Virus record (IMG/VR): IMGVR_UViG_648028025_000005
From: a virus
Taxonomy: Duplodnaviria > Heunggongvirae > Uroviricota > Caudoviricetes
Length of the DNA: 64,000 nucleotides
Strand: one strand, 5' to 3'
Under the pieces are notes generated by a model. The model worked only from the letters and a program-made list of their open reading frames with translations, did not search any database and was not told where the DNA came from. The first letter of the stretch is position 1. Each line of letters opens with the position of its first letter. A program made the position numbers and the translations under genes. Shown here in pieces: positions 31,519 to 42,644 of the stretch.

Positions 31519-34111
31519 TCTGGTTATTGATTTGAGTCTGGATGCGGCCCGGTTTGATGAACAGATGGCCCGGGTACGCCGTCATTTTTCCAGTCTGGAG
31601 GCGGATGCCAGAAAAACCGCCAGTACTGTTGAACAGGGGCTGAGCCGACAGGCGCTGGCGGCACAAAAAGCCGGGATATCAGTCGGACAGTATAAGGCTG
31701 CCATGCGCACACTGCCCGCACAGTTCACGGATATTGTCACTCAGCTTGCCGGTGGTCAGAATCCCTTCCTTATCATGCTGCAGCAGGGGGGGCAGATCAG
31801 CGATTCATTCGGTGGACCGCTCAGCCTGCTTACCCTGCTGAAGGAGGAACTTCTCGGGATCAGGGATGCCTCTGAATCATCAGAGGAGTCGCTGTCAGAT
31901 ACGGCAAATGCACTGGCTGAAAATGCCCGGAATGCCGGTGAGCTGGGACGATTTATGTCGGTGGCCCGTGTGGCGGCAGGTGGCGGGGTTGCCGTACTGG
32001 CCGCGCTTGCTGCCGCCGCCTGGCAGGCAGAGCAGGCTGACCGGGCCTTATTGCGTTCACTGATCCTGACCGGAGGGGCGGCTGCCACCACAACGGCAGA
32101 ATTGTGGAAAATGGCCGGGGTGATCAGCGATGAAGCCGGTGGTGGTATCAGACAGGCGGCAGAAAATCTGGCCCGTCTGGCAGAAAGCGGGAAATATACC
32201 GCCGGGCAGCTACGGATCATGGGGGAAACCTCTCAGAGATGGCTGCAGACGGTGGGGGACGATGCCGGGAAGGTGGAAAAAGCCTTTGAAGGGATTGCAG
32301 CAGATCCGGTGAAGGCGCTGGCCTCCCTGAATCAGCAGTATAACTTCCTGAGCGTTTCCCAGTTACGCCATATTGATGAGCTTGAGCGCACGAAAGGTAA
32401 ACAGGCTGCGGTGACGGAGGCGATGTCCCTGTTTGCGGATGTCATGAATGCACGTCTGGAGCAACTTGATAAAGCGGCCACGCCGGTGGAAAAAATCTGG
32501 GACGATGTTAAAACCTGGACTTCTGACGCATGGGCATGGATAGGTGATCATACACTGGGGGCACTCAGTCTGATCACTGACGTGGTGGCCGGAACCGTTG
32601 AACAAGTGAAGCTGCTGCTTGTGCAGGGGGATCTGGCGCTGGCTGAATTTATTCAGTCAGCCTGGGAAACGACAAAGAATGTGCCCGGCGTTGGTGCGTT
32701 GTTTGGTGAACTGGCAGAAGAGAACCGCGTATTTATTGAGAAAACAAAACGCGATGAACTGGCGCTGAGAAAATCCATTGCGGAACGGGATGCGCGTATA
32801 CGCCAGGGGGAAATGGGGTACATCAACCGTTCGCGTGCAACAGGCGTCAGCAAAGGTCCGGGGCAGCAGGAAGCCGTCAGCCGTCTGGCTGAAGAGCTGA
32901 CAGGTAAAAAGCATACATCACCGAAAACGCGCTCTGCCGGGGAGAGGGAAGAGGAGCAGGCAAGAGAGGCTCTGCTTGCCCTTGAAGCTGAGCTCAGGAC
33001 GCTGGAAAAACACAGCGGTGCGAATGAGAAAATCAGCCGGCAGCGCCGTGATTTATGGAAGGCGGAAAGTCAGTATGCGGTCCTGAAAGAGGCTGCCACG
33101 AAACGACAGTTATCTGAGCAGGAAAAATCCCTGCTGGCGCATAAAGACGAGACGCTGGAGTACAAACGCCAGCTGGCTGAGCTGGGCGACAAGGTTGAAT
33201 ACCAGAAACGCCTGAATGAGCTGGCACAGCAGGCGGTGCGGTTTGAAGAGCAGCAGAGCTCGAAGCAGGCCGCCATCAGCGCAAAAGCCCGCGGTCTCAC
33301 TGACCGTCAGGCGCAGCGGGAGTCTGAAGCGCAGCGTCTTCGGGACGTGTACGGTGATAATCCGGCTGCGCTGGCGAAGGCCACATCGGCACTGAAGAAC
33401 ACCTGGTCTGCGGAGGAGCAGCTTCGTGGAAGCTGGATGGCCGGGCTGAAGTCCGGCTGGGGCGAGTGGGCGGAAAGTGCGACGGACAGTTTTTCGCAGG
33501 TTAAAAGTGCTGCCACGCAGACCTTTGACGGTATTGCACAGAATATGGCGGCGATGCTGACCGGTGCAGAGGCAGACTGGCGGGGATTCACCCGTTCTGT
33601 GCTGTCCATGATGACAGAAATCCTGCTTAAACAGGCCATGGTGGGCATTGTCGGGCGTATCGGCAGCGCCATTGGCGGTGCTTTCGGTGGTGGTGCATCT
33701 GCTTCCTCGGGGACGGCCATTGAGGCTGCGGCGGCGAACTTCCATTTCGCGACCGGAGGATTTACGGGGACGGGCGGCAAATATGAGCCTGCGGGGATAG
33801 TTCACCGCGGGGAGTTTGTTTTCACGAAAGAGGCAACCAGCCGGATAGGTGTGGGGAATCTTTACCGTCTGATGCGCGGCTATGCGGAAGGTGGTTATGT
33901 GGGCGGTGCCGGAAGTCCGGCGCAGATGCGGCGGACGGAAGGCATTAATTTTAATCAGAACAATCACGTGGTGATTCAGAACGACGGCACCAACGGACAG
34001 GCGGGGCCGCAGCTGATGAAGGCGGTGTATGACATGGCCCGCAAGGGGGCGCAGGATGAGCTCCGGCTGCAGTTGCGTGATGGCGGTATGTTATCAGGGA
34101 GCGGGCGATGA
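31499..34111 (+). CDS. H: tail tape measure protein H
   Basis: 870 aa; ATG 31499 with GGAGG upstream; lambda gpH-like N and C termini. Confidence 0.9.
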   Translation: MSQPAGDLVIDLSLDAARFDEQMARVRRHFSSLEADARKTASTVEQGLSRQALAAQKAGISVGQYKAAMRTLPAQFTDIVTQLAGGQNPFLIMLQQGGQISDSFGGPLSLLTLLKEELLGIRDASESSEESLSDTANALAENARNAGELGRFMSVARVAAGGGVAVLAALAAAAWQAEQADRALLRSLILTGGAAATTTAELWKMAGVISDEAGGGIRQAAENLARLAESGKYTAGQLRIMGETSQRWLQTVGDDAGKVEKAFEGIAADPVKALASLNQQYNFLSVSQLRHIDELERTKGKQAAVTEAMSLFADVMNARLEQLDKAATPVEKIWDDVKTWTSDAWAWIGDHTLGALSLITDVVAGTVEQVKLLLVQGDLALAEFIQSAWETTKNVPGVGALFGELAEENRVFIEKTKRDELALRKSIAERDARIRQGEMGYINRSRATGVSKGPGQQEAVSRLAEELTGKKHTSPKTRSAGEREEEQAREALLALEAELRTLEKHSGANEKISRQRRDLWKAESQYAVLKEAATKRQLSEQEKSLLAHKDETLEYKRQLAELGDKVEYQKRLNELAQQAVRFEEQQSSKQAAISAKARGLTDRQAQRESEAQRLRDVYGDNPAALAKATSALKNTWSAEEQLRGSWMAGLKSGWGEWAESATDSFSQVKSAATQTFDGIAQNMAAMLTGAEADWRGFTRSVLSMMTEILLKQAMVGIVGRIGSAIGGAFGGGASASSGTAIEAAAANFHFATGGFTGTGGKYEPAGIVHRGEFVFTKEATSRIGVGNLYRLMRGYAEGGYVGGAGSPAQMRRTEGINFNQNNHVVIQNDGTNGQAGPQLMKAVYDMARKGAQDELRLQLRDGGMLSGSGR

Positions 34112-34437
34112 AAACCTTTCGCTGGAAAGTGAAGCCGGATATGGAGGTGAACTCACAGCCATCGGTGCGTGAAGTGCGTTTTGGTGACGGGTACTCACAG
34201 CGTATGGCGGCAGGGCTGAATGCTGACCTGAAAACATACCGGGTGACGCTTTCCGTGACCCGGGAGGAGGCCCGGCATCTGGAAGCGTTTCTGGCAGAGC
34301 ACGGGGGCTGGAAGGCATTTTTGTGGAAGCCACCCTATGCATACCGGCAGATAAAGGTGACCTGTGCCGGGTGGTCTGCGCGGGTCGGGATGTTGCGCGT
34401 TGAGTTCAGCGCGGAGTTTAAGCAGGTGGTGAACTGA
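34108..34437 (+). CDS. M: tail tip protein M
   Basis: 109 aa, lambda gpM-like. Confidence 0.9.
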   Translation: MKTFRWKVKPDMEVNSQPSVREVRFGDGYSQRMAAGLNADLKTYRVTLSVTREEARHLEAFLAEHGGWKAFLWKPPYAYRQIKVTCAGWSARVGMLRVEFSAEFKQVVN

Positions 34438-35135
34438 TGCAGGATATTCACGAAGAAAGTCTGAACGAGTCGGTTAAATCAGAGCAGTCACCGCGGGTGG
34501 TGCTCTGGGAAATCGACCTGACGGCGCAGGGCGGTGAGCGGTATTTTTTCTGCAATGAGCTGAATGAAAAAGGGGAGCCGGTGACCTGGCAGGGGCGTGA
34601 ATATCAGGCGTACCCGATTGAGGGCAGCGGCTTTGAGATGAACGGAAAGGGCAGCAGTGCCCGCCCGTCGCTGACGGTGTCCAATCTGTTCGGTCTTGTC
34701 ACCGGGATGGCGGAGGATTTGCAGAGCCTGGTGGGTGCCACGGTGGTCCGCCGCCGGGTGTATGCGCGTTTTCTGGATGCGGTGAACTTTGTGGCAGGCA
34801 ATCCGGAGGCCGACCCGGAGCAGGAGCTGACTGACCGGTGGGTGGTGGAGCAGATGTCATCGCTGACGGCCATGACGGCCTCGTTTGTGCTGGCCACACC
34901 GACCGAGACGGACGGGGCGCTGTTTCCCGGTCGCATCATGCTGGCGAACACCTGTATGTGGGATTACCGGGGAGATGAATGCGGGTATAACGGTCCTGCG
35001 GTGGCGGATGAGTTCGACAACCCCACCACGGATATCCGTAAGGACAGATGCAGCAAGTGCATGCGCGGGTGTGAGATGCGCGGCATGGCGGTCAATTTTG
35101 GCGGTTTCCTTTCCATCAATAAACTTTCGCAGTAA
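34437..35135 (+). CDS. L: tail tip protein L
   Basis: 232 aa, lambda gpL-like. Confidence 0.9.
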   Translation: MQDIHEESLNESVKSEQSPRVVLWEIDLTAQGGERYFFCNELNEKGEPVTWQGREYQAYPIEGSGFEMNGKGSSARPSLTVSNLFGLVTGMAEDLQSLVGATVVRRRVYARFLDAVNFVAGNPEADPEQELTDRWVVEQMSSLTAMTASFVLATPTETDGALFPGRIMLANTCMWDYRGDECGYNGPAVADEFDNPTTDIRKDRCSKCMRGCEMRGMAVNFGGFLSINKLSQ

Positions 35136-35145
35136 ATCCTGTTTT

Positions 35146-35889
35146 ATGACACAGACTGAATCAGCGATTCTGGCGCATGCCCGGCGGTGTGCGCCTGCGG
35201 AGTCGTGCGGCTTCGTGATAAGCACGCCGGAGGGGGAACGGTATATCCCTTGTGTGAATATCTCTGCAGAGCCGGAGGCGTATTTTCGTATCGCACCGGA
35301 AGACTGGCTGCGGGCAGAGATGCAGGGGGAGATTGTGGCACTGGTCCACAGTCATCCCGGTGGACTGCCCTGGCTGAGCGAGGCTGACCGGCGGCTGCAG
35401 ATAAAAAGCGCACTGCCCTGGTGGCTGGTCTGCCGGGGTGACATTCATAAATTCCGCTGTGTGCCACATCTGACAGGACGGCGCTTTGAGCACGGGGTGA
35501 CGGACTGTTACACGCTGTTCCGGGATGCCTACCATCTGGCGGGAATTGATATGCCGGATTTTGAGCGTGAGGATGACTGGTGGCGCAACGGTCAGAACCT
35601 TTACCTGGACAATATGGCGGTCACAGGCTTTTACCGGGTGCCCCTGTCCTCTGCACAGGCGGGCGATATCCTGCTGTGCTGCTTTGGCGCATCGGTGGCC
35701 AATCATGCCGCCATTTACTGCGGCAACGGTGAACTGCTTCACCATATACCTGAACAACTGAGTAAACGGGAGAGGTATTCTGAAAAATGGCAACGACGAA
35801 CGCATTCTGTCTGGCGTCACCGCCACTGGTCCGCATCTGCCTTCACGGGGATTTACAACGATTTGGCCGCCGCCTCAGCCTGTATGTGA
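35146..35889 (+). CDS. K: tail tip assembly protein K (JAMM/MPN plus NlpC/P60-like); start may be further downstream
   Basis: MTQTESAILAHARR...; JAMM-like HSHPGG...SEAD motif; overlaps I by 103 nt as in lambda. Confidence 0.75.
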   Translation: MTQTESAILAHARRCAPAESCGFVISTPEGERYIPCVNISAEPEAYFRIAPEDWLRAEMQGEIVALVHSHPGGLPWLSEADRRLQIKSALPWWLVCRGDIHKFRCVPHLTGRRFEHGVTDCYTLFRDAYHLAGIDMPDFEREDDWWRNGQNLYLDNMAVTGFYRVPLSSAQAGDILLCCFGASVANHAAIYCGNGELLHHIPEQLSKRERYSEKWQRRTHSVWRHRHWSASAFTGIYNDLAAASACM

Positions 35890-36467
35890 ACACGGCAGCG
35901 GAGGCCATCCGTGCCCTGTCGCTGCAGGTGCCGGGATTCCGCCGTCAGATGAACGAAGGCTGGTACCAGATACGTATTGCTGGTGAGGACACGGCACCGG
36001 AGGCGGTGTATGCCCGCCTTCACGAACAACTGGGTGAGGGGGCGGTCATCCATATTGTGCCGCGACTGGCCGGTGCAGGGAAAGGCGGACTGCAGATTGT
36101 GCTGGGGGCGGCAGCCATCGTGGGCTCTTTCTTCACGGCCGGAGCATCGATGGCAGCCTGGGGTGCAGCGCTGAGTGCCGGCGGTTTTTCTGCCACCACG
36201 ATGCTGTTTTCACTGGGTGCCAGCATGATACTGGGTGGTGTGGCTCAGATGCTGGCCCCGAAGGCTAAAGTACCGGAGTACAAAAGCACGGATAACGGCA
36301 GACAGAACACGTACTTTTCCTCGCTGGATAACATGATTGCACAGGGGAACCCGATGCCGGTGCCTTACGGTGAAATGCTGGTTGGCTCACGGCGAATCTC
36401 CCAGGACATCAGTACCCGTGATGAAGGCGGTGACGGGAAGGTGGTGGTTATCGGGCGGCAGGCATAA
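35787..36467 (+). CDS. I: tail tip assembly protein I
   Basis: 226 aa, lambda gpI-like. Confidence 0.85.
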   Translation: MATTNAFCLASPPLVRICLHGDLQRFGRRLSLYVNTAAEAIRALSLQVPGFRRQMNEGWYQIRIAGEDTAPEAVYARLHEQLGEGAVIHIVPRLAGAGKGGLQIVLGAAAIVGSFFTAGASMAAWGAALSAGGFSATTMLFSLGASMILGGVAQMLAPKAKVPEYKSTDNGRQNTYFSSLDNMIAQGNPMPVPYGEMLVGSRRISQDISTRDEGGDGKVVVIGRQA

Positions 36468-36638
36468 AAGCGAAAAAATCCCGCAGTGACCGAAGGCTGC
36501 GGGAACAGAAAATGAAGATTAACCACAGGGAGTTTTGTTTTTATTGGCCCGAAAAAACTGTAACGCCCGGGAATGATATCTGCCACGGGGGCGTACAGAA
36601 AATGTGAAGATATTCAGAATTTTTATTCAGTCATGATA

Positions 36639-36670
36639 CAGGCATCCTCCGGGATGCCTGTTGTTTTTGT
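36639..36670 (+). terminator. terminator-like hairpin inside late operon upstream of J
   Basis: CAGGCATCC-TCCG-GGATGCCTG followed by TTGTTTTTGT, about 35 nt before J start; I-J spacer is 235 bp. Confidence 0.35.
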
Positions 36671-36702
36671 GCGTAACAGTTATCACAGTAAAGGGTGAGA
36701 CA

Positions 36703-39700
36703 ATGGGCAAAGGTGGCGGCAAGGCGCACACGCCGGTTGAGGCAAAGGACAATCTTAAGTCCACGCAGATGATGAGCGTGATTGATGCGATTGGTGAAGG
36801 GCCGATTGAAGGTCCGGTGAAGGGGCTGCAGAGTATTCTGGTGAACAAAACCCCGCTGACGGACACGGACGGTAATCCTGTGATACATGGTGTGACAGCG
36901 GTCTGGCGCGCCGGGGAGCAGGAGCAGACACCACCGGAAGGCTTTGAGTCCTCCGGGGCGGAAACCGCACTGGGCGTGGAAGTGACGAAGGCAAAGCCGG
37001 TGACGCGCACCATTACGTCCGCGAACATTGACCGCCTGCGGGTCACCTTCGGGGTGCAGTCACTGGTGCAGACCACCTCAAAGGGCGACCGTAATCCCTC
37101 TTCTGTCCGACTGCTGATTCAGTTGCAGCGTAACGGTAACTGGGTGACGGAAAAGGATGTCACCATTAACGGCAAGACCACCTCACAGTTCCTGGCCTCG
37201 GTGATTCTGGGTAATCTGCCTCCCCGTCCTTTTAACATCCGGATGGTCCGGGAGACAGCGGACAGCACCTCGGACCAGCTGCAGAATAAGACGCTCTGGT
37301 CGTCATACACCGAAATCATCGATGTGAAACAGTGCTACCCGAACACGGCGATTGTGGGGCTGCAGGTGGATGCGGAGCAGTTTGGCGGTCAGCAGATGAC
37401 GGTGAACTACCATATCCGCGGTCGCATCATCCAGGTACCGTCAAACTATGACCCGGAAAAACGCACGTACAGCGGCATCTGGGACGGCAGCCTGAAACCG
37501 GCATACAGCAACAACCCGGCCTGGTGCCTGTGGGACATGCTGACTCACCCGCGCTACGGCATGGGAAAACGTCTGGTGGCGGCGGATGTTGACAAGTGGG
37601 CGCTGTATGCCATCGGGCAGTACTGCGACCAGACGGTCCCGGATGGTTTCGGGGGCACAGAGCCGCGGATGACCTTTAATGCGTACCTGTCACAACAGCG
37701 TAAGGCGTGGGACGTTCTCAGTGATTTCTGCTCGGCGATGCGCTGTATGCCGGTATGGAACGGCCAGACGCTGACGTTCGTTCAGGACCGCCCGTCGGAT
37801 GTGGTGTGGCCGTACACCAACTGCGATGTGGTGGTGGATGATAACGGCGTGGGGTTTCGCTACAGCTTCAGCGCCCTGAAGGACCGCCACACGGCGGTGG
37901 AGGTGAATTACACCGACCCGCAGAACGGCTGGCAGACCTCCACGGAACTGGTGGAAGACCCGGAAGCCATACTGCGCTACGGGCGCAACCTGCTGAAGAT
38001 GGATGCGTTCGGTTGCACCAGTCGCGGTCAGGCCCACCGTGCCGGGCTGTGGGTGATAAAGACCGGACTGCTGGAAACGCAGACGGTGGATTTCACGCTC
38101 GGGTCACAGGGGCTGCGTCACACACCCGGTGACATTATTGAAATCTGTGATAACGACTATGCCGGGACCCTGACCGGCGGACGTATCCTGTCCATCGATG
38201 CCGCCAGCCGCACCCTGACACTGGACCGTGAGGTGACCCTGCCGGAGACAGGTGCCGCCACGGTGAACCTGATTAACGGCAGCGGTAAGCCGGTGAGCGT
38301 GGCCATCACTGCACACCCCGCGCCGGACCGGATACAGGTCAGTACCCTGCCGGATGGTGTGGAGACATACGGTGTGTGGGGGCTTTCCCTGCCGTCACTG
38401 CGTCGTCGCCTGTTTCGCTGTGTCTGCATCCGGGAAAACACGGACGGCACTTTTGCCATCACGGCAGTGCAGCATGTGCCGGAAAAAGAAGCCATTGTGG
38501 ATAACGGGGCCAGCTTTGAGCCACTGTCCGGTTCGCTGAACAGCGTCATCCCGCCGGCAGTACAGCACCTGACGGTGGAGGTGAGCGCGGCTGACGGTCA
38601 GTATCTGGCACAGGCGAAATGGGACACGCCGCGGGTGGTGAAGGGTGTGCGCTTCAGTCTGCGCCTGACCAGCGGAAGCGGAGAAGACAGCCGTCTGGTG
38701 ACCACCGCCATCACTGCGGATACAGAGCATCGTTTCAGTGGTCTGCCGCCCGGGGAATACACCCTGACAGTCAGGGCAATTAACAGTTATGGCCAGCAGG
38801 GCGAACCGGCCACCACCACGTTCAGGATTAATGCACCTGCGGTACCCGCCACGATTGAGCTGACACCGGGCTATTTTCAGATAACAGCGGTCCCGCGTCT
38901 TGCGGTGTATGACCCGACGGTACAGTTTGAGTTCTGGTTTTCGGAGGCAAAAATCGCAGACATATCTCAGGTGGAAACCTCTGCCCGTTATCTGGGGACC
39001 GGCAGTCAGTGGAGTGTATCCGGCCCGCACATTAAGCCCGGGAAGGATTTCTGGTTTTACGTGCGCAGCGTCAACCTGGTGGGGAAATCTGCTTTTGTGG
39101 AAGCCAGTGGCCGGGCCAGCAATGATGCAGAAGGGTATCTGGGACTGTTTCGGGAAAAAATAGGAAAACTGCATCTGGCTCAGGGGCTGTGGGAGCTGAT
39201 AGACAACAGCCAGCTTGCGGATGAGATGGCGGAGATGAAGACCACCATCACCGAAACCCGCAATGAAATCACACAGACGGTCAGTAAAACGCTGGAGGAC
39301 CAGAGCGCCACCATACAGCAGATACAGCGCGTGCAGAAGGACACAAATGATGACCTTGCTGCACTTTACATGCTGAAGGTACAGAAAACAAAAAATGGCA
39401 TACCCTATGTTGCCGGGATTGGAGCGGGGATTGAGGATACTGATGGCCAGTCACTGAGCAACATACTGCTGCTGGCTGACCGTATCGCGATGATAAATCC
39501 GGAGAGCGGCAACAGCACGCCGTTATTTGTGGCGCAGGGGAATCAGCTGTTCATGAACGACGTGTTCCTGAAACGACTGTTTGCGGTGAGTATCACGTCA
39601 TCCGGCAACCCCCCGACGTTTTCCCTGACGCCGGAAGGGAAGCTGACAGCCAGGAACGCGGATATCAGCGGAGCAATTACCGCGAATACCGGCACGCTCA

Positions 39701-40179
39701 ATAATGTCACCATTAACGAGAACTGTGTCATCAGAGGGAAACTGTCTGCAAACCAGATTGAAGGCGACCTGGTGAAGACGGTGGGGAAAGCCTTTCCCCG
39801 GAATAACAGTTATGCCAGCGGGACGGTAACCGTCACAGTTTACGATGACCAGGGCTTCGACCGGCAGATTATCATTCCCCCGGTGCTGTTTCGCGGGACG
39901 AAACACCAGAATTTCAACAGCCCGAATCAGCAGTCGTACTGGTATTCCACCTGTAAGCTGCAGGTGCTGAAGAACGGGGTTGAGATTTTCCATGAACCGG
40001 CAACGGATGTCAGCCGGGTGTTCTCATCGGTGATAGATATGCCGGCAGGGCGGGGTCATGTCACCCTGACGTTTAATGTGTCGTCGGCCGGTGCGAACAA
40101 CTGGACGCCGACAACGTACATCAGTGATTTACTGGTTGTGGTCATGAAAAAATCCACGGCAGGGATCAGTATCAGCTGA
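36703..40179 (+). CDS. J: central tail fibre / host specificity protein J
   Basis: 1158 aa from ATG 36703 ([20 protein letters not shown]), lambda gpJ-like. Confidence 0.9.
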   Translation: MGKGGGKAHTPVEAKDNLKSTQMMSVIDAIGEGPIEGPVKGLQSILVNKTPLTDTDGNPVIHGVTAVWRAGEQEQTPPEGFESSGAETALGVEVTKAKPVTRTITSANIDRLRVTFGVQSLVQTTSKGDRNPSSVRLLIQLQRNGNWVTEKDVTINGKTTSQFLASVILGNLPPRPFNIRMVRETADSTSDQLQNKTLWSSYTEIIDVKQCYPNTAIVGLQVDAEQFGGQQMTVNYHIRGRIIQVPSNYDPEKRTYSGIWDGSLKPAYSNNPAWCLWDMLTHPRYGMGKRLVAADVDKWALYAIGQYCDQTVPDGFGGTEPRMTFNAYLSQQRKAWDVLSDFCSAMRCMPVWNGQTLTFVQDRPSDVVWPYTNCDVVVDDNGVGFRYSFSALKDRHTAVEVNYTDPQNGWQTSTELVEDPEAILRYGRNLLKMDAFGCTSRGQAHRAGLWVIKTGLLETQTVDFTLGSQGLRHTPGDIIEICDNDYAGTLTGGRILSIDAASRTLTLDREVTLPETGAATVNLINGSGKPVSVAITAHPAPDRIQVSTLPDGVETYGVWGLSLPSLRRRLFRCVCIRENTDGTFAITAVQHVPEKEAIVDNGASFEPLSGSLNSVIPPAVQHLTVEVSAADGQYLAQAKWDTPRVVKGVRFSLRLTSGSGEDSRLVTTAITADTEHRFSGLPPGEYTLTVRAINSYGQQGEPATTTFRINAPAVPATIELTPGYFQITAVPRLAVYDPTVQFEFWFSEAKIADISQVETSARYLGTGSQWSVSGPHIKPGKDFWFYVRSVNLVGKSAFVEASGRASNDAEGYLGLFREKIGKLHLAQGLWELIDNSQLADEMAEMKTTITETRNEITQTVSKTLEDQSATIQQIQRVQKDTNDDLAALYMLKVQKTKNGIPYVAGIGAGIEDTDGQSLSNILLLADRIAMINPESGNSTPLFVAQGNQLFMNDVFLKRLFAVSITSSGNPPTFSLTPEGKLTARNADISGAITANTGTLNNVTINENCVIRGKLSANQIEGDLVKTVGKAFPRNNSYASGTVTVTVYDDQGFDRQIIIPPVLFRGTKHQNFNSPNQQSYWYSTCKLQVLKNGVEIFHEPATDVSRVFSSVIDMPAGRGHVTLTFNVSSAGANNWTPTTYISDLLVVVMKKSTAGISIS

Positions 40180-40197
40180 CGGTTTATTAACCCGGAC

Positions 40198-40224
40198 GGG
40201 CACCTCAGGAGGTGCCTTTTTTAT
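40198..40224 (+). terminator. rho-independent terminator after J
   Basis: GGCACCTC-AGG-AGGTGCC followed by TTTTTT. Confidence 0.5.
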
Positions 40225-40247
40225 TGACTGAAAACAAAGAGGTAATC

Positions 40248-40871
40248 ATGCGGCATTTATACGCAACGATATTATTGTTTACTACCCTGCTGGCAGGAAT
40301 TGCCTTTCCTGCACAGGCTGAAAGCGGACACGGTGCATTTTCCGTGGGATATGCTCAGGTTCACCCGGGCGGCGTACCGGCATTGTCCGGTACCGGTGCG
40401 CGTGCAGGTGATTTAAAAGGGATTAATGTGAAATACCGTTATGAGTTCACGGATCACCTGGGCGGCATTGTCGCGCTGAGTTATGCATCGGTGAAGAAAA
40501 GTGACACGATGAAGACGGGTGAAAATACCTTCCATTATGAAAGCCTGCGCGGTCGTTATGTCAGTCTGATGGCCGGCCCTGTCTGGCAGCTCAGTGAGCG
40601 GGTCAGTCTCTATGGCATGGCCGGGATGGCGTACACCCGCTGGTCTGACAGTGTTCAGGATTACCGGCGTGATGAAGTGAAACCGGGGTATGTGAAGGAG
40701 ACCACCACCGCCAGTGATGGCCATACTGCGCGTCATCTGTCGCCGGCCTGGAATGCCGGGATTCAGTTCAGTCCCGTAGAGACGGTGGTTATTGACCTTG
40801 CTTATGAAGGTTCCGCCAGTGGCGACTGGCGCACTGACGGCTTCATCGTGGGTATCGGCTATAAATTCTGA
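40248..40871 (+). CDS. lom: Lom/Ail-family outer membrane beta-barrel protein
   Basis: signal peptide MRHLYATILLFTTLLAGIAFPAQA; Ail/Lom-like body ending GIGYKF; flanked by terminators (moron). Confidence 0.85.
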   Translation: MRHLYATILLFTTLLAGIAFPAQAESGHGAFSVGYAQVHPGGVPALSGTGARAGDLKGINVKYRYEFTDHLGGIVALSYASVKKSDTMKTGENTFHYESLRGRYVSLMAGPVWQLSERVSLYGMAGMAYTRWSDSVQDYRRDEVKPGYVKETTTASDGHTARHLSPAWNAGIQFSPVETVVIDLAYEGSASGDWRTDGFIVGIGYKF

Positions 40872-40897
40872 TTAGCCAGGTAACACAGTGTTATGAC

Positions 40898-40926
40898 AGC
40901 CCGCCGGTTCAGGCGGGCTTTTTTGT
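40898..40926 (+). terminator. rho-independent terminator after lom
   Basis: GCCCGCC-GGTTCA-GGCGGGC followed by TTTTTTGT. Confidence 0.5.
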
Positions 40927-40935
40927 GGGGTGAAT

Positions 40936-42249
40936 ATGGCAGTAAAGATTTCAGGTGTACTGAAAGACGGCACAGGAAAACCGGTAGAGAACTGTACCAT
41001 TCAACTGAAAGCCAGACGGACCAGCAGCACGGTGGTGGTGAACACGGTGGCCTCTGAAAATCCGGATGAAGCCGGTCGTTACAGCATGGACGTTGAGTAC
41101 GGTCAGTACAGCGTCATTCTGTTGGTGGAAGGATTCCCGCCGTCACATGCCGGGACCATCACCGTGTATGAAGATTCTCAACCGGGGACGCTGAATGATT
41201 TTCTCGGTGCCATGTCGGAGGATGACGTCCGTCCGGAGGCACTGCGTCGTTTTGAACTGATGGTGGAAGAAGCAGCGCGTCACGCAGAGGAGGCGAAGAA
41301 GAATGCCGGAGAAGCAGAGACGTCCGCGAGGAATGCCGGCATATCAGCCAGTAAGGCGGAAGCGAGCGCTGCAAATGCTGATACTTCAGCAGAGGATGCA
41401 TCGGAGTCAGCCCGGCAGGCGGCAGAAAGTGCAGCCGCTGCAAAGCAGTCAGAGGAGGCGTCCTCGTCCTCGGCCTCTGCGGCCGCTCAAAAAGCCAGTG
41501 AGTCATTACAAAGTGCAGCAGAAGCTGAATTGTCAAGAAAGACGGCAGAAAGTGCAGCCGGTAATGCAGCCAGGGATGCAACGACCGCAACAGAAAAAGC
41601 CCGGGAGTCAGCAGAAAGCGCACAGTCAGCGGAACAAAGCAGGATAGCGGCGGAAGAGGCCGTAAACCGAATCCCCACCGTGGTGGGACCTCCCGGGCCA
41701 AAGGGGGAACAGGGGCCCGCGGGTCCTCAGGGGCCGAAGGGTGATAAGGGAGAGCGCGGTGACACCGGCCCTGTCGGGGCAACCGGTGAACGGGGACCGG
41801 CAGGTGATGCTGGTCCGGCAGGCCCGCAGGGGCCGAAAGGTGACAGGGGAGAGCGGGGAGAGACCGGTCTGACGGGAAATGCAGGTCCACAGGGTCCAAA
41901 GGGAGATACCGGTGCGGCAGGCCCGGCAGGCCCACAGGGACCGAAAGGAGAAACAGGTGCGGCTGGCCCGGTGGGGGCAACCGGACCTCAGGGGCCGAAG
42001 GGCGACCCGGGGGAGGCACAAATACGGTTCCGTCTGGGGCCGGGAAACATTATTGAGACAAACAGCAATGGCTGGTTCCCGGATACAGATGGCGCACTCA
42101 TCACCGGACTGACCTTTCTTGCCCCCAAAGATGCCACACGGGTTCAGGGTTTTTTTCAGCATTTGCAGGTCAGGTTTGGTGACGGGCCGTGGCAGGATGT
42201 TAAGGGGCTTGATGAAGTGGGCAGTGATACAGGCAGAACAGGAGAATGA
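40936..42249 (+). CDS. stf: side tail fibre protein with collagen-like Gly-X-Y repeats
   Basis: N-terminus [17 protein letters not shown] lambda Stf-like; ~100 aa of GPXGXXG repeats ([25 protein letters not shown]...); short C-terminal domain. Confidence 0.8.
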   Translation: MAVKISGVLKDGTGKPVENCTIQLKARRTSSTVVVNTVASENPDEAGRYSMDVEYGQYSVILLVEGFPPSHAGTITVYEDSQPGTLNDFLGAMSEDDVRPEALRRFELMVEEAARHAEEAKKNAGEAETSARNAGISASKAEASAANADTSAEDASESARQAAESAAAAKQSEEASSSSASAAAQKASESLQSAAEAELSRKTAESAAGNAARDATTATEKARESAESAQSAEQSRIAAEEAVNRIPTVVGPPGPKGEQGPAGPQGPKGDKGERGDTGPVGATGERGPAGDAGPAGPQGPKGDRGERGETGLTGNAGPQGPKGDTGAAGPAGPQGPKGETGAAGPVGATGPQGPKGDPGEAQIRFRLGPGNIIETNSNGWFPDTDGALITGLTFLAPKDATRVQGFFQHLQVRFGDGPWQDVKGLDEVGSDTGRTGE

Positions 42250-42520
42250 CATGAATATACTAAAAAAACTTATGCAGCGTCTGTGTGGTTGCGGAAAGCA
42301 TGATGGCCGTGAACACGTGCAGTCGCTTACAGCACAGCTGCGACTGGGACCGGCAGACATTCTGGAGTCCGATGAGAATGGCATTATCCCGGAGCAGGCC
42401 AGGGTAATCACGCAGGTGGTGATACTGGATGCGGATAAAAAGCAGATACAGTGTGTGGTAAGACCGCTGCAAATCCTGCGTGCTGACGGGACGTGGGAAA
42501 ATATTGGCGGAATGAAATAG
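42250..42520 (+). CDS. small hypothetical protein downstream of side tail fibre
   Basis: ATG 42250 overlapping stf stop; 90 aa; followed by terminator hairpin at ~42535-42562. Confidence 0.4.
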
Positions 42521-42644
42521 CCGACAGCTTCACAAAAACCGGAGTCCGGCTCCGGTTTTTGTTGGTTAGATGTAATCTGACAGATACCTGTATAAATAAC
42601 CGGTAACTGTCAGGTCAGAGCTAATACAGGTAATTATATTATAA

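Noticed and set aside
41690-42010. Short periodic GGx-CCx repeats resembling a low-complexity or repeat locus
   Set aside because: They encode collagen-like Gly-X-Y triplets within the side tail fibre ORF; not a non-coding repeat array.
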